Source of the DNA: the human T2T-CHM13v2.0 reference genome, Homo sapiens
Direction: 5' to 3'
Assembly (NCBI GenBank): GCA_009914755.4
Contig: CP068257.2
Location: 26,816,001-26,880,000 of the forward strand
DNA length: 64,000 nt
Shown here: positions 1 to 15,805 of the stretch, piece after piece
Numbering within the stretch: the stretch's first letter is position 1
Layout of the letters: each line of letters opens with the position of its first letter
Program-made: the position numbers and the translations under genes
Notes under the pieces: generated by a model
Told to the model about the DNA's origin: nothing
The model's database searches: none
Seen by the model: only the letters and a program-made list of their open reading frames with translations

Positions 1-1482
1 GAGAACTGGCATATACACATGCAGTGTTTCTAAGGTAAAGAGAAACGTAATAGCCAATATTTATTCAGGATGTATTATATTCCAGGCACTATGCTACATG
101 CTTTACAAAACTAATCTTGATTAAGGTTCATAACAATTAAGTAGGTAGTTGTAGCCCCTCTTCCTCATTTAGTTATTGTTACCTTCATCATCATATTTTG
201 TATTTTGGGAAATGGATAGACACAAGGAATGAAAGAACAGATTCACAAGAACCATTTAAGAAGCTATTGCTGCAGAGTAGGAAGAACTGAAGTTCCAGAC
301 TATGCCATCAGTGATTGGAATAAAAAAGAATGAATGGATTCATGAGTCATTTCAAAGGTAGAACTGAAAGAGGTTGGATGCAACCAACTTATTTTTAAAG
401 TTCAAGAGAATTGTTGAATACGAGGCCAAAGCTTTAACTATGGAAAACAAGTAGCAAAGTCCTGCCCCGAGATGGGTCAACAGAAGGTGGAAAGTGGGGT
501 TTGGGAGGCATGCAAAGATATAGAAAAGATAAGCTGTAAAATGGGGAGCCAAGATTTGCACTGCTCAGTTTGAGGTAGAACAGGTAGCTGGAAAAGGAGA
601 ATGGGAGCTTTGCAGGGAGAGATGGCCAAGGACGTAAGTTTAGATGACTTTTACTTTGAGGTAAAAGTTGGAGTCCTAGGAGTGATTAAAATGGTAAAAA
701 GAGAAGGAGGCAAATTAAATCAAGTACTGATAGTTGTGGATCAAAAAGGATCCATACCGTTCATCTGTAAGTCCAATCTATCTTGCTTTCTGCTCAAACA
801 TTAACAATGCCAAGAGCCCTGGAATCTAAAGTACATATTGCTTTTCTGATTTTTTGCTCCAAAGAGATCAAGAAGAGCAACCACTATCTGAGAACTGCTC
901 CTTTTCCAAGGCCTTTCCTGATAGAAACATTTCTAAGCCCTGTGCTCTCTATGGACCCTTCAGAGATCCATAGGCTCATGTCATTCTATGATCATACCCA
1001 CGGACCTGATTCTCTTAACTATTTATCAGACTAAATGTCAGATCAGGTGGGGACTTGAGATGTGGGTGTTTTAATGTTGTTGAGGTAAATAAAATAGTGA
1101 CCTCCCACTGAAGGGCACTGGGCCTTACAGCTTGGTATCGTTAAATGTGTTCAGTCTGATTTGTTGAAATGTTCCATCCCTGCTTTGTCATAAAAGAAGA
1201 AATTATATATTTAAAGGAATACAGCAAATGTTTAAAACATGTTGCCTTTTCTTCACCATCTGTCTTTTATTTATTAAATTCTGTCCACTTAAAATTATCC
1301 TCTCCCCAAACTGCAACTGTCAAAATCCCATCTTTCAACCTCTCATATCATCTCATCTCAAAACCCCATTAGAAAATTGTTCCCATTCTTCTTAAAGGGA
1401 ATGAGTTGTCAATCACTCTATGCCCTGGGCATTTATATCTGCTAAAGCCTTTGCTGTGTTCTCCTATATTTTAGGGATGAGT

Positions 1483-1548
1483 GCATGTGTTTGTGCTTTT
1501 GTGTGTGTTTGTGTGTGTGTGTGTGTGTGCATGTGTGTGTATACATGT
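1483..1548. repeat. (GT)n/(TG)n dinucleotide microsatellite, imperfect; pure core ~1511-1529
   Basis: Direct reading: gtgtttgtgcttttgtgtgtgtttgtgtgtgtgtgtgtgtgtgcatgtgtgtgtatacatgtg. Confidence 0.9.
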
Positions 1549-4500
1549 GATTGGAGTTTGTGATTGGAGTTGCTGAATGAAGTTGCTGAAAGAGACATAT
1601 GGCCATGTAAGTAATAACAAGCAGAAGGGCTCTATGAAAACACAAGGCAGAAATCATTCACCATTTCATGTTGAAAATAACACTTTCAGCAGAAAAATCC
1701 TCATTTGAAAATAGCAACGGTATAATTAGCCTTCAACTTTACTTCCTTATTAGTGATGCAGTTCTCCATTCCACACAATGCAACACATTGTAATAAATGG
1801 ATGTTCATATAATGGATTGGAAGAGCATAGAATCCAAACATCTGGATTCTTCCACACATGGCGCATTAGCTGTTTCTGCAAAAGCCAATAGGAATTCCAT
1901 GTTGATGCAATTAAATGTGACTGGAATAATACATGCTTCTCACATTTTTAGTTATACATATGTATATGTTTGGCATACAATTCATTATAGTCACAGAAAT
2001 TTTAAAAAAAGAAAAGCTTTCTACAGCCATGTCTGTTAACAATTATTGTGCTACTTCCTGGAAGCAGGGAAAAAGTGAGTAGTCCTGGGCTGCTGGCCAC
2101 TTCACCACATTGCCATAGTGAGAGAATGCCTAGTCCATAAATAAATTTAGTCCAGTATTAGGACTTCAAGCCTGCTCTTTATGATGGCAAAAATATGCTT
2201 CAATTTGAAATTACCCAGAATTGAGTAAAACGAGGGATTTTATCCAACATTTCTTAATTTGCAAGAACACAAAATAGGTGAATACTTGTAATTCTTTCTC
2301 TCGTCACTCTCATTCTAAACAGGCTTGCAAATGGTGTGGCCTACACTGAGTCAGAATGAGAACACAGCTCATTAGTTTCACAGCACTGGGAGAGCCAGCC
2401 TGGAATAAAATCCAATAGCAAGGGAATCGAGGAAGAAGCTGATTTTCACGCTTTCACTTTCATTCTCTCATTTCCAATTTTGCCCTTTATATGCTAAAGA
2501 TACAGTAATCTATGCCCAAGTTGGAATGAGATTTCCTTCTTACGTTTCTGTGCACATGAGAGCCTCAGAAAGGGAGGGCATCCTCTCATTGCTCTTTTAT
2601 AACTTTTACAAAGGGAGAAGATTCACTTAACCTTCCTTTATTTGATTATCTATTATAGAAAAATATTGAGTTACATAATCTCTATATTGTCTATTACCCG
2701 AAATCTCTCACTTTCATTCCAAACTAAGTAAATACGAAGCAAAAAAGTGGTATGCCGTTACTAATTTAGGTTGCCCAAACTGTCCCACAGGGAAACAAAT
2801 AAGTATGTTGTCATTGATCAGATTTTCTGCATACAGACACTGAGATCTGTGCACAGGAGGTTTCTCAGCATGTCTTCTCAGGAATATTGCTTGTAAGGGA
2901 GTGAAGAAGTAAGACTTTTCCAAAGGAAAAGTTGAAATGTAGTAGAGTTCAATCAAAGGCTCCAGCCCATCCCACAGAGAGTCTGTAGAACTCTGAATCT
3001 GTGGTGACCCTCTAAAGATGTCCCAAACTGAGACAAAGGGGGCCAGGTGTTTATATCCCCAACAGACTAGACACTGGACACTTGAGGGAGTGTTCTTCCA
3101 TCAAGGGCAATTTCTACAGGGGAACACAGCTAGGATCCAACAGCAGCCAACATATTCAGGGTTGGAGAACGAGCACCTTGACTCTGAAGGCATTAATCTG
3201 GGTGACACACAATAGTATCCACTACAGTTCACTCTAATATACGATGCTTGGTTCTACTTGATTCTTGTAAATAAGCTCTCTCAATCTAGAAACATCCTCT
3301 TTGGGATCCTAGTTGGTCTCATTTTCGAATGCAATTTGTTAGAGGAATTTTGGTCCTCTCCACTAGGGCTAGTCTCAGGGCTGCAAATGATACTCAACAG
3401 TGCCCACCTTTACTCCCCATTCTATATTCCATACATTCTCAGCTTGCACCTCTTTTGGTCTAGGTTGTCTACCTGTTGGGGGGACCCAAATACTCATCTT
3501 TGAGGGGTCTGAGGTCTTAGCCACCATGCAATTCTTGGGTCACAGTTGCAAAATTTTTGTTTATTACCATCCTATCACAACAGGGAAGGGGAGTACTAAG
3601 CAACACACTAGTAGGTCAGTGGTGCCAAACATGTTCCTCCCTGCCCCAAGTGTGGTACAGCTACCTTTTCTACCCCTAATATTTGGGGTCAACTACCCTG
3701 CCACGATGTAGTCATTTCTTCCTACTCATCCTTTGATATAAGGAGCCTGACCAGACAGCAGTAATAGCTTAAAGCTCAACAGGACTTTCCTTGTCTCCCC
3801 TGGTGAAAGCATTTCCTTTTGAGAATAAGTACTTCTAGATCCACAAAACCTAAATTTTTTTAAAAAAAAGGAAGCTAAAACTCCCCCAAGTGTGCTATGG
3901 GTGTGGTCGTAAGCTGGGCCACTCCACCCTTTAGCTTCTAGACACCTACTGGGAAAATAACATCAGTTTACAGTTATTGATTTAGGGTACTTAACACCTC
4001 CTGGTGTATGCAACCTTGCAGACTATCAACACCAAGTTGGCCTATCATTTGTACCATAAAAAAGATCTGTTTCATCCTTCTTTCAGGTTGGCATCTTCTG
4101 GCTAGCAAAATATATCCATTCCAATTGTACATTTGGAGACACAGAGAAATGACCACTATCTAAATCTGGGGAATCAGTGGATCCACTGGGAGCCTGTCCT
4201 GAGCTAGCACTCCATTTATTACTTGCTCTCATATATGCCCATTCTAACAGTGGCATATGATTGTGCTTCAGTTCCTGAGTATCAAGGTCAGCTCAGACCT
4301 TATGTCCAATTATCCTCAAAATGCCTGCACATTCCTCTTTCCCCAGTATATATTACCCAAGTAATTTTCATATGCTCCTTTGGTCAAGGACCTGTGAAAT
4401 TACTACCACATAAACTTGTCATGTTGCAATGTCCTTCTTTCTGAGGACCACCATCTCTTCAGTGAGAGACAACACAAATACATTGACATATATTATTTGA

Positions 4501-6224
4501 CTTATGTCTTCCAAAGGGAGTATTTCTAGAGAGGATAAAGATCACCCCTATATACGTTGTCTAATTTTAATGTATAATAATTTCCATGCCTTCCACAAAT
4601 AAAATAGAATACAGGGAAATACTTCTTAAATGACAGATGGCAATAATAAAATAAATCAAGTGTATCATTTGTACTGAGAATAAGAGTAAAATTATATATC
4701 TATACACTATAATTAGCTCTACCTATATATCTACGTACTTATGTAAAGCATTTCCTGACAGTAAGATGTGCAACTGGTGTTTTAGTGAACATGAGAGAAA
4801 AATATTTTTCTAACCTGGTGCAAGGGTAACATCAGTATAACGACTTTCACTTTGTGGCATCCAAAACTCTCTCGTCTTAAGCAGTTGCCACGTGTCCATA
4901 TGGCAAGGGCACTACTACACATACTTTTCACACGATGTTTCTGGAGAGTCCCTGGGAGACAATAGTCCATGGGTCTCTCAAATTTCTATATGTTCAACCT
5001 TTCATTCCACATTATTTCTTTTCAAAAATATTTATGTGATGAGAAGCCTTAAAAGAGAGAGATAATGTCTTGCTCTGGAACAAAGAATTTATGGCCTCCT
5101 ACTACATGGAGATGATGACTCCCTCCAAATTAAAAAGCATGCTTGCTTACTCTCCAGAGTAGTAAAGATAACGTCTCCTGCCAGAGAAAAGGGCAGGCAT
5201 CTTATTTCTCATTATAAAAGATGTGAGTTCCCTAAGTTCAGAATTCCTTGACTGTAATACAACCCACTAAGCATACAAGTATCACCTGAAAATGTTTGCA
5301 TCTTCCTGTGGGAATTGAGACTGAGGAACCAGCACAAAAATGTTAATACTCTGGCTACTGCTATTGCTGCAAATAATAAACTGCCTTTGTTTCTGACCCC
5401 AAAGTCTTGCATCTTCTGTCAGCATCCAGGTATCCACGGCAGGCTGATTTTTACATTTGCAAACAGGGTAAAAAAATCTCACATCCTTCACAGTTCTAGA
5501 CACTTATGTATGTTGTTATGCAAAGATATACTTTAAACAGCAGCAGGAGTGTTATAAACACCATTCTAGGAAATACTATGCAAATAAAGTTATAATCATC
5601 CATATTCATGTGTTCTAGCCAGAAAAGAGAAGTAGTAAGTCATGAAGACATTATCTTTCCCAAATTACATAACTATTTTGTGATGGAACCAGGAGCTAAA
5701 ATGCTGCTTGGGTAACTTCACTATAATAGGCTCTATTGGTAGAGTACTTCTTATCTCTATATTTTAGAGGAAAATCTTACGGTGTTTTGTATGAGGAACT
5801 CAGAGTGAGGACTTTTATATACATTTTGTTTCCCAGTTTCTAGACCTAAAAAGAGAATCAGCATTGTTTTATTCCTATAGGAATAGCAATTCTGTATTCT
5901 ACATTTACACTACAATTTATTATCAAACTTCTCTGACATATGGATCTAACTTATTGTCTTAGCCTGTGTTCCTCAAAGAAGACTCTGAGATAAAGGTTTG
6001 CATACCAGGAGTTTATATACAAGTGGGATTCCAGAGAGCTAAAGGGAAGTCCAGGAACAGTGAATCCATGAAAGAGGAAAAGCCAGTACAAGGCTGCATT
6101 ATCAAAATGGCCAACTGCTACAACAGATTGTGCCCAAACCCGCAGGACCATCTGATGAGTCTTACAAAATACATCTTAGAACTAGGAGAAAGCATTGATC
6201 AATGGACTTTCACCCACCCTATTC

Positions 6225-6322
6225 CATCAGCTCTCACCCACTATTGCATCAGCTCTCACCCCCTATTGCATCAGCTCTCACCCCCTATTGCATCAGCTGT
6301 CACCCCCTACTGCATCAGATCT
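6225..6322. repeat. 22-bp minisatellite, ~4.4 units (catcagctctcaccccctattg)
   Basis: Four consecutive near-identical 22-mers (catcagctctcacccactattg / catcagctctcaccccctattg x2 / catcagctgtcaccccctactg) plus a partial unit. Confidence 0.85.
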
Positions 6323-7234
6323 CCTGCATTTCCAGGTTACACATGCGTGAGAACCAAGTGGGTTCCCACAGCAACTGCTGAGAATCCCCATGGCAGGAAG
6401 CAAAAGAGAGATGTCAGGTCTTATCTCTACATAGCTGGTGAAAGCCCAGTATACCCAGGCAGGATCTGCAATAATAGATGGGGCTGCCAGAATTAAGAAT
6501 GAGATCCAAGAGTTAACTAAAACTAGCCTCCTTGGCACACATTTTCTGGTGGTAAAGACAGTAGCTTCTCTATTACTGATTAAAAACCAGACACTTTTAG
6601 TCTTCAACCAGACTTCTCACCCACTGAAGAAATTCTATTATTCTGATTTTTCACAGTATCCATTTCTTAAATCAGAGAGGCTATATAACATGAGAGTAGA
6701 AAAGACAGACTCTGGAGGTAGACTTCTGTAGAGAGAAGCTCTGATGTAATTTGAGCAAGTTACATAACCTCTTGATGCTTCTGTCTGCTCATCCATAACA
6801 AGAAAAATAATAATCATATATGTGACAAAAATTGTTTATAAGGATTAACTATATTAATACTTACAAAGTGTTTAGAAAAGTGTCCAGCACACAGAGTCCA
6901 TGAATATTCAGTACTACATTATTTGAACTTCAACATCGATATTTCTCAGCCTAAAGTTAATGAATGACACTTTCAGTAAAATGTATTATTTATTTGCTTG
7001 TAATGGGATCTAAAATGGTGGATGGAGTCTATTGAATTTGAGCACTATATGTTTCCAATTGGTTCATAACTTTATAAAAATGGAATGAAAAGAGCATTCT
7101 CAAATATAAACTTACTGAGGGTGCAAGTCTGCCTTATTCATCTCTAAATTCCCTAGACCCAGTGAGGTCCCATTTTCTCCATGCTTACCTCTACAGCCTC
7201 ATCCTTTGCAACACATATTTCCAGGTTTCAAGGT

Positions 7235-7570
7235 TCATATGGTTTGGCTGTGTCCCCATCCAAATCTCATCTTGAATTTAGCACCCACAATTCTGTGTCA
7301 TGGGAGGGACCCAGTGGGAAGTAACTGAATCATAGGGGCAGGTTTTTCCTGTGCTGTCCTCATGATAGTGAATAAGAGTAAGCTTTCCTGCACAAGTTCT
7401 CTCTTGCCTGCCACCATGTAAGATGTCCCTTTGCTCTTCCTTCATTTTCCGCCAAGATTGTGAGGCCTCCCCAGCCATGTGGAACTGTGAAGTCCATTAA
7501 ACATTTTTACTTTACAAATTACCCAGTCTCAGGTATGTCTTTATCAGCAGTATGAGAGCAAACTAATAGA
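7235..7570 (+). mobile_element. Solo MaLR LTR of THE1/MST type (ERVL-MaLR)
   Basis: Starts tcatatggtttggctgtgtccccatccaaatctcatcttgaatt and ends ccagtctcaggtatgtctttatcagcagtatgagagcaaactaataga. This matches the remembered THE1 consensus ends TGATATGGTTTGGCTGTGTCCCCACCCAAATCTCATCTTGAATTGTA ... GGTATGTCTTTATTAGCAGTGTGAGAACGGACTAATACA. Internal blocks also match (gccaccatgtaagatgtccctttgctc, gattgtgaggcctccccagccatgtggaactgtga). Length ~335 bp. Confidence 0.75.
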
Positions 7571-7842
7571 AAGATGTTCCTGGCTCATGTTGGCTTTGCA
7601 GCTCCTTGATCACACCATGATCTCTCCTGCTTCATGACTCTCACAAGTTATTCCTTTTGTCTTCAGCAATACTACTTCCGTTATTTGACTAATAATTGTC
7701 AGTCTTCAGGGCTCAGATTCTCCTTCTAATGGTAAGCCTTCCTGGATTCCCCAAGTCCGAGCAATGTTTCCTTCCTATGTGCACCCAAGGTGCCCATTAT
7801 TTCCTTGTCATAGTACTTACTCTCCAGTACTGTTATTATCTG

Positions 7843-7965
7843 TCCTCATCTGTTTTTCTCACTAGATTTAATTGTGCAATGATTGTGTCATTTTCATCAT
7901 TTAGCACTGTGACTGGCACAAAGTGAACCCTTAATAAATATTAGTGGAATCATCAAATGAAAGAA
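7843..7965 (+). mobile_element. MIR-family SINE 3' fragment (MIR/MIR3-like)
   Basis: cctcatctg...cactaga...agcactgtgactggcacaaagtgaacccttaataaatattagtggaat...gaatgaatgaa resembles the MIR 3' region (cctcatctgtaaaatgggg ... gcacttagaacagtgcctggcacatagtaagcgctcaataaatgtt). Subfamily not resolved. Confidence 0.45.
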
Positions 7966-10375
7966 TGAATGAACACATACATAAATATGTGATCAAAGGA
8001 GGGTATAGAAGGCACCAGCTAATTGAGTTACATGCACACACACACTCACAAAAATGACAGCTGACAGCATTCACTTGGTTTTCTCATTTTTGTCCTCCAC
8101 TCTACTCACACATGGCTAGAGCCCTCCTCCTGGAATGTGATAGCAACATGTAATAGTGGCCCCTTCTCTGGACTGGTGCCTGACCATGTAGGGGTCTCAC
8201 CGGGTTTCCAGCTTTGACTGAGGGTCAGGAGCAGAGTCCAACTCATTCTCCCTCCTAACAAGCAGAATTATATCACTCCTTGTGATTGATCCTTTTTTAA
8301 TCTGACCCCAACTGCTGTCTTCATACTTCTTACGTAAGATCACCACCACTGTGTGGTGCATGGGAGACAAGAGTACGGAGTCAAATCCAAGGATACAAAC
8401 TTGATCGGTGCATTGAGTGGAGCCTCACTTCAGTATCACCAAAGACAAAGTCATTCACTCCTCATCGACAGAGTCAACCCCCTTAATTATTTCAGCAGTC
8501 ATTTCTCACTAGAATGTGATTATAACCCCAAGCAGTTCCTCATTATGCATGAACACAGTGGTAATGTTTTAAAGTGAACACAAACATTTTTAGGGTCTCT
8601 ATCTTCTTTCTCAGTGCCCTGCTCCTCAGTGCCCCAGCCTTCCCCCTGGAGCTTCTTTCCCCAGAAGACTGTCTTTACCAGCCCCTGTGGCTCTCCAGAT
8701 GACTCCCAAATCCACCAAGATGAGGGTATAAATCTCAAGACAGTGTTTTCAAAAGTGGGATTTTTGCATCTCCAAAATCTGCAACAACTCAACGCGGTGA
8801 ACCAGATTGTCTTGGGGTGGGGCCCCCGAATGTCATTTTACATGCCCCAAGTGATAAAAATTATGCACTCTCAATATTGAGATCCACAGACTTCACTCTT
8901 TCCAAATATTTTCAAGTAAGGAGATAACCTTCAAACTACAAAGTAATGAAGCCTGATACGTATCTGAACTGAAGACCCTTTGCTTCCCCATAAGAATGGT
9001 TCTGACTCAGGTAATTAACCACATAGCAGTTTTAGATGTGAAGATCAAGTGGACTAACGGAGCCATATGGAATTGAGATCACATCAGTTTAGGAGGTTAT
9101 TGACTCTGACATCTGACATCAGTTTAAATCTGAAGCCAGAATTTATGAGCTGCTTAAAGGTATGCTTTTAACTTCTAGGAACTAAATGTTCTCATGGTAG
9201 CAAGCACAGTTGGAAATCTTAAGAGACTTAGATTTGCTGGCTTGGGCAGTGGATATGCATGATTACCTGAAATACTGGAAAATGTAAGAGGAATATTAGT
9301 GACTCTGAAGAATTCAGTCAAAGTTGAAGAATCTGGCTATAGATTGCATTTGAGCAGAATCCAGAACTAGTAAATTGGTGAACAATGCCCTACGCACAAT
9401 GTTACTAAATAAATAGTAAGCAGACAATATTTATTTCACGAGTAAGAAAAGTTTAAAGTAACCTCAGAACATTTTTCTTTAAAACCAAGCCATTATTGTC
9501 CTGTAAAGACAATTTCTTTACTAGCAGAAACCATATTTATAGTTTGATTTAGGTCATTGTTACATTATGGTGAAATTCCTCTTGAGTTAATACCATAAAA
9601 GGTAATTTAAGATACTGACTCTTTCCAAATAGAATATTAGTTTCTCTTGTAACCAAATACAATGGTGATACTCTCCAAAAGCAATCCTTTGACTAGAAGT
9701 TGGCCCTCACGTTGGGGCAAAGGTTTTAAGCTTGCTTCGTGCTAAATAAAGGCAGTCAATTCCTTCTTTTTCTTCTATATGGTTGGGCACTGATACTCCA
9801 GAGGGAAAGTTTCCCATAAAGGCAAACATAATATCTCTTCATCTCCTGATACTCCAAAGAGCTCCATTCCAAACAAGCTGATGTTACAGTCTAAGACTAG
9901 ACTCTGTCAATGTATTGTTGCCATCACTCATTTCAGTTTTGCCAAGAACTTCTAAAGCGGTGACAGACCGAATCAGTCTAAGAAAACCCATATGGACATT
10001 CTCTCAAAAGCATATTATAGTAGCTAATGAATACTATATATCTTTAGAAATGATACGGTATAAAGTATTAGATATTTCACAGACCTACACATTGATATAA
10101 GTACACTTTTACTCTTCCCAGAATATGTTTAATTAAATAATAACAAGAACAATGAAAACCTGAATATAAGGTACATTATGTCAAAAGAAATGCTGGGCTT
10201 TGGGACTTTAATTTAGATTTTTTTTTTATTTTTAGTGAAGATCTATTAATTGTGTACTTGGGCCAAGGAGCATATTAAATATCAGTAATTTAAAGAATAA
10301 TAAAAGACTGTCATTACCACACATAAATTCACAACTCAATAGAGAGAAGTGAACATATTACAAATAATTATAAAA

Positions 10376-10794
<419 letters not shown>

Positions 10795-11722
10795 TCACAT
10801 GGGGAAAGGAGCAAGTGTAAAGTCAGGGCTGCCTGCAAACACAGTGTCTTTGGGGACTGGATATGGGCTGGAAGGTTCATCATTATGGCATAGAATGGAT
10901 TAAAAAGAATATCAGGAAATAAGGCTAAGAAGCCATGAAAAAGTCTCCATCACTCTTCACAAAATAATGTTATTTTTTGATAGATGATTTTCTAAAGAAA
11001 TAACGTAAAATTTCTTAATAAAAGTAGGCAATATGAAACTGTCCACCAAAATAGGAAATATTTGTGGAAAAAGAATACAATCTTATGACCACATACCCAT
11101 GTGAAGCTGAAAATTCCATTTTACAGAATCATAAACATTGCTTTTTGAAGTCACAGACAACTCTAATAATTCATAATTATAAGGAAACTAAACAGAAAGA
11201 TGCAAACTAGGTCAGGAATGTAGGGCACTAATCATCTGATCCTATTCTGTCCGTTTTAAAATCCTGAAGACTAATTCTTCCAATATGTGGAATTACAAGT
11301 TTGGCTTTTTTCTCATCTTAATGCAAAAGCAAAATAAAAATAAATTCAAATCTTTAGAACTAAAAGTGATGTGTGGGTTTTGGACCATTTCAGCAGGAAT
11401 GGTAGTTTCTTGTGCTCTGTCCTCAGTATTATGGAGTAGTTCAGTGCAGTATTCACAGACATTCTGGGGAAAAACAATCTTATAATAAAGCAGATGAATG
11501 AGTTGTGCTTCAGCCACTCCTCTGCCTGTCCTTCCCTTACCCACCACACTTTAAGGCATTATATTACTGCAAAAGAAGATTCTAAAAAAGCACTCTGCCA
11601 GATGACTGAAAAACAATATATATGTTTTTAAAAAGGAACATTTACTGAAGTAAAAAAAGATCTATAATTCAAGGAGAGTGAGATTTTGAATCTTAATCTT
11701 CCAAAATATGCTCTCATTTTGA

Positions 11723-12129
<407 letters not shown>

Positions 12130-13983
12130 TAGGACAGTGGATTCAAACATAAAAAAAATTAATTGCAACATGGCATGAAAATGAAATAAAACTATATGTT
12201 CTTAGATAATTTCTGAAAAATTCACATCATCTTTGCATGTTTTTTGTCTCCTCTACATGAACAACCATAATCTGTAAGTGTTGAGTCTTAAAGTAGAGCA
12301 ATTTAAAAATGCGTTATTTTGGCAGGCAAATAAAAAACTTTTAAACATTTTTCTCTATATTTCCTAAAAAAAATTATCTTAACTTTCTAATGGGCTATGG
12401 AGATAATAACAAGAGGTCCCAGCTTCTATTAAGATCCTGGAAGGGCTATAGCCAAAACAAACCAAATCGTCTTTTCCAAAACTAAAACCCAACTTCAGAT
12501 CAGCTCAGTCACAGACTGCTTAAGGCTAATCTTCACCTACTTTAATTCTCTGCCAAAAAGAAAAAGTAAATTCTTGCTGGGGGGAAAATACATTAGCAAG
12601 ATCCCCAAATAATCCCTAAAATATTTCATTTCAATTATCTGACATTCAATAAAAAGTTACCAGACATACAAGGAAAACTGACCAAATGACTAAATTGAGA
12701 GAAAAATCAGAATGAATGAAGTCCAGAAAGAAGAACTACTAGAAATAGACCTTACAGTAATTACAATACATCTATTTAGTAAAACAGATGACAAGATGTA
12801 GAATTTCATTTCCCAAACACTGGAATGTATAATAAAGATTTAGTTCTAGACAATGGTAATAAACTAATTGTAGGACTAGCCCTAGAAAACCATCCTGAAA
12901 AATACAATTACTGAAAATAACATATCAATAGGTGAGTTTAACAACAGACCATCTATGATAGAGAATTAATGAGCTAGGTGATAGGTAAAAATAAAAAGAA
13001 GCAAAAAAGTAATTTATGATATTGGTTCAAGATAATTGCTGAGTTGGGGGAGGAGGAATATAGTGCCGAAATGCAAACATCTTCTGGTGTTTTGGCAATG
13101 TTCTATTACTTGAAATGAATAGCGGTTATAAGGGAATATTCACCTTGTGAAAATTCATAAAGTTATGCAGGTAAAAATGCATAAAACTTATCATTCATGT
13201 ACTTTTCTATGTGTATATTTGAGTGAACAAAACATGGACTTTTGGCCTGGGAGTAAAAGCCTCCTGAGCTCAATTATCTTTCCTCCATTTTTTCCAGAGA
13301 AATTTTTCTATTGGTGGGGAAAATAGCTTCTGTTTTCATAATCACGCATGTTGCTGCAATGCAATGATGATGTGATCAAGAGCACCTATCTGCTATGTAA
13401 CCCTGAGTCATGAGTTCGTTTGACTAACCATATCAGAGAAGCTAATGGGGAAAACTCACCCTTTCAACCCAGAACATACATTGAGTGCCTTTTTGTTACT
13501 CTCTGCACATATCCTGTATAGCGTCTTCTGAGCAGCATTTTGCCATAGAGAAGGATATATGACCTTAGGAGGCGACGGATCAGTCTTAAATCTGCTCTTG
13601 GCAATGAATACATTTAACATCTGAGCATCTAAAACCATGGCATGGGAAAGGTTTTTTCCACTCTTAAAATAGGCTGAATTTATAGTGATTTGCTTAGTAA
13701 AACTCCATTTACTAGACAAAAAAATCAGTAAACTATTGCTCATGGACCAAACCCAGCTCATATCTTACAAATATACAAATGCAGATTATAAGCCCTGTGA
13801 TCCAAAGATGTTTTTTACATTTTTTACAGAAGTTTTTTAAGAAGTGCTGTGAGATAGAGATTTTTTACTACCAGGTCCTATACAGAAAAAGTTTGTTTAC
13901 TCTTGCACTGGATCTTTGATCATTTGCCCAAAGTACCTAACAAAATAAAATAAACTCCTGGTTGGAAAATACTAAAATCTTCA

Positions 13984-14335
13984 GTGATGGTTAATTTCAT
14001 GTGTCAACATGGCTAGACCACAGTACCCAGATATTTGGTTAAACACCGGTTTTGATATTTCTGTGAAGGTATTTTTTAGATAAGAGTAGAATTTAAATCA
14101 GTAGACTTTGACTAAAGCAAATTATCCTCCATAATGTGGTAGACCTCATCTAACCATTTGAAGGCCTTAAGAGAAATGAGACTAAGGTCCCATGAGAGTG
14201 AATTCTGCCTCCAGAATGTCTTCAGGCTGGAGCTGCAACATCTGCCCTTCCCTATTTCTCCAGCCTACTGGCCTACTCCACGGATTTTAGACTTGCCAGT
14301 CCCACAGTTACATTAGCCAATTCCTTAAAATAATG
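13984..14335 (+). mobile_element. MLT1-type MaLR LTR (older ERVL-MaLR), probably solo
   Basis: gtgatggttaatttcatgtgtcaacatggctagaccacagtacccagatatttggttaaaca ... tcctccataatgtggtagacctcatctaaccatttgaaggccttaagagaaatgagactaag ... ggattttagacttgccagtcccacagttacattagccaattccttaaaataa. These are characteristic MLT1/MaLR LTR blocks (TGTGATGGTTAATTT..TGTGTCAACTTG, ..GGACTTGCCAGCC..CACAATTGCATGAGCCAATTCCTTAAAATAAATC). Confidence 0.6.
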
Positions 14336-15433
14336 TAGGAAAAGTAGGACAGAGATCTAAATTACAGCATTAGGATGATAGTTAACAAAATTACATTGCA
14401 TACTAGAAATTTACTAAGAGAGTAATTTTAGCTAGTTTTACCACACACACACAGACATACATACAAGGGTAACTCTGTGAGATGACGAGTATGTTAATTT
14501 TCTTGTCTCTAGTAATCATTTCAATATGCATATCAAAACACTATGTTATATATTTTAAACATAAATTTAAAAAATACTGTGCATGTATATCTATAGATAG
14601 ATGATATAGATAGACATACATATATCTTGTTTTCTCAGTTCTATTGCTTCTGTTTCTATATTTCTGTTACTCTATTGGCCCTGTTTCTCTGGAGAACCCT
14701 AACTCATACACCTTTGATAGCCAAACTCTGGCCAAATTATCTTCTCTCAATGACCCAAGAGACAACATATATGAGAAGTAGTAACCTAAAAGACATTAAA
14801 AGAGTAGAAGAGTCAAGTAATACTAGCGTTCTTTTGAGAAGAAAATGAGCTACTGTGATGGATTCATTGCAAAAGAAGAAGAGTGGTTTCAAATTTCTAT
14901 TCATCTTTATATACATTTTCTTTACAATGTGATTTTGAAGCTCCTCTTATCTATTTTCCCACTCCTTGAATCTAGGCTGGCCTTGTGACGTATGCTATTC
15001 CAGCTCTAGACCTCGAAAAGCCTTCCTTACTTTCATTCCGTCTTTTGTTCCTTTGCCTTTTCCGTAAGACAAGTTCAAGCTAGCCAGCTAGAGCTGAAAC
15101 ACAATATAGAGTATAGCCTAGTCATCTCAGCCCCTAGCTCACCAGCTAACTGCAAAAACAATGAACAGCTGAACTCAACTCATATTAGCAGAATTGTCCA
15201 GCAAACAGAGATGCTTAAAAAATAATAAAGTATTGTTATTCTGGAATAATAAAATGTGTAGGAGACCATTGATTTATACTAAGCTCCTATGCTGGGTCCA
15301 ACAAAGCAAATCAATATGGAGTCATTCATGTTAAATGAAACTAATTAACTTGAGAGTATACTTATAGCTGAGTTGCAGTTAGATACAGCTGCTGAAGTTT
15401 AGTCAATTGTGGATGGCCAGTGGATCCAAATAA

Positions 15434-15805
<372 letters not shown>

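Noticed and set aside
3000-3850. Possible LTR or ERV-like segment (for example ..tgtagtcatttcttcctactcatcctttgatataaggagcctgaccagacagcag..)
   Set aside because: It has the feel of an LTR, but I cannot match it to a consensus from memory. It is left unannotated and not guessed.
5966-6496. Longest ORF in the window (176 aa, + strand)
   Set aside because: It runs through the 22-bp minisatellite and low-complexity sequence. It has no recognisable domain, no splice or Kozak context I can defend, and no codon-usage signal. In primate intergenic or intronic DNA an ORF of this length is expected by chance.
12560-13000. A-rich segment that might be an old L1 (L1M) fragment
   Set aside because: The similarity to L1 ORF sequence is too weak to assert by eye.
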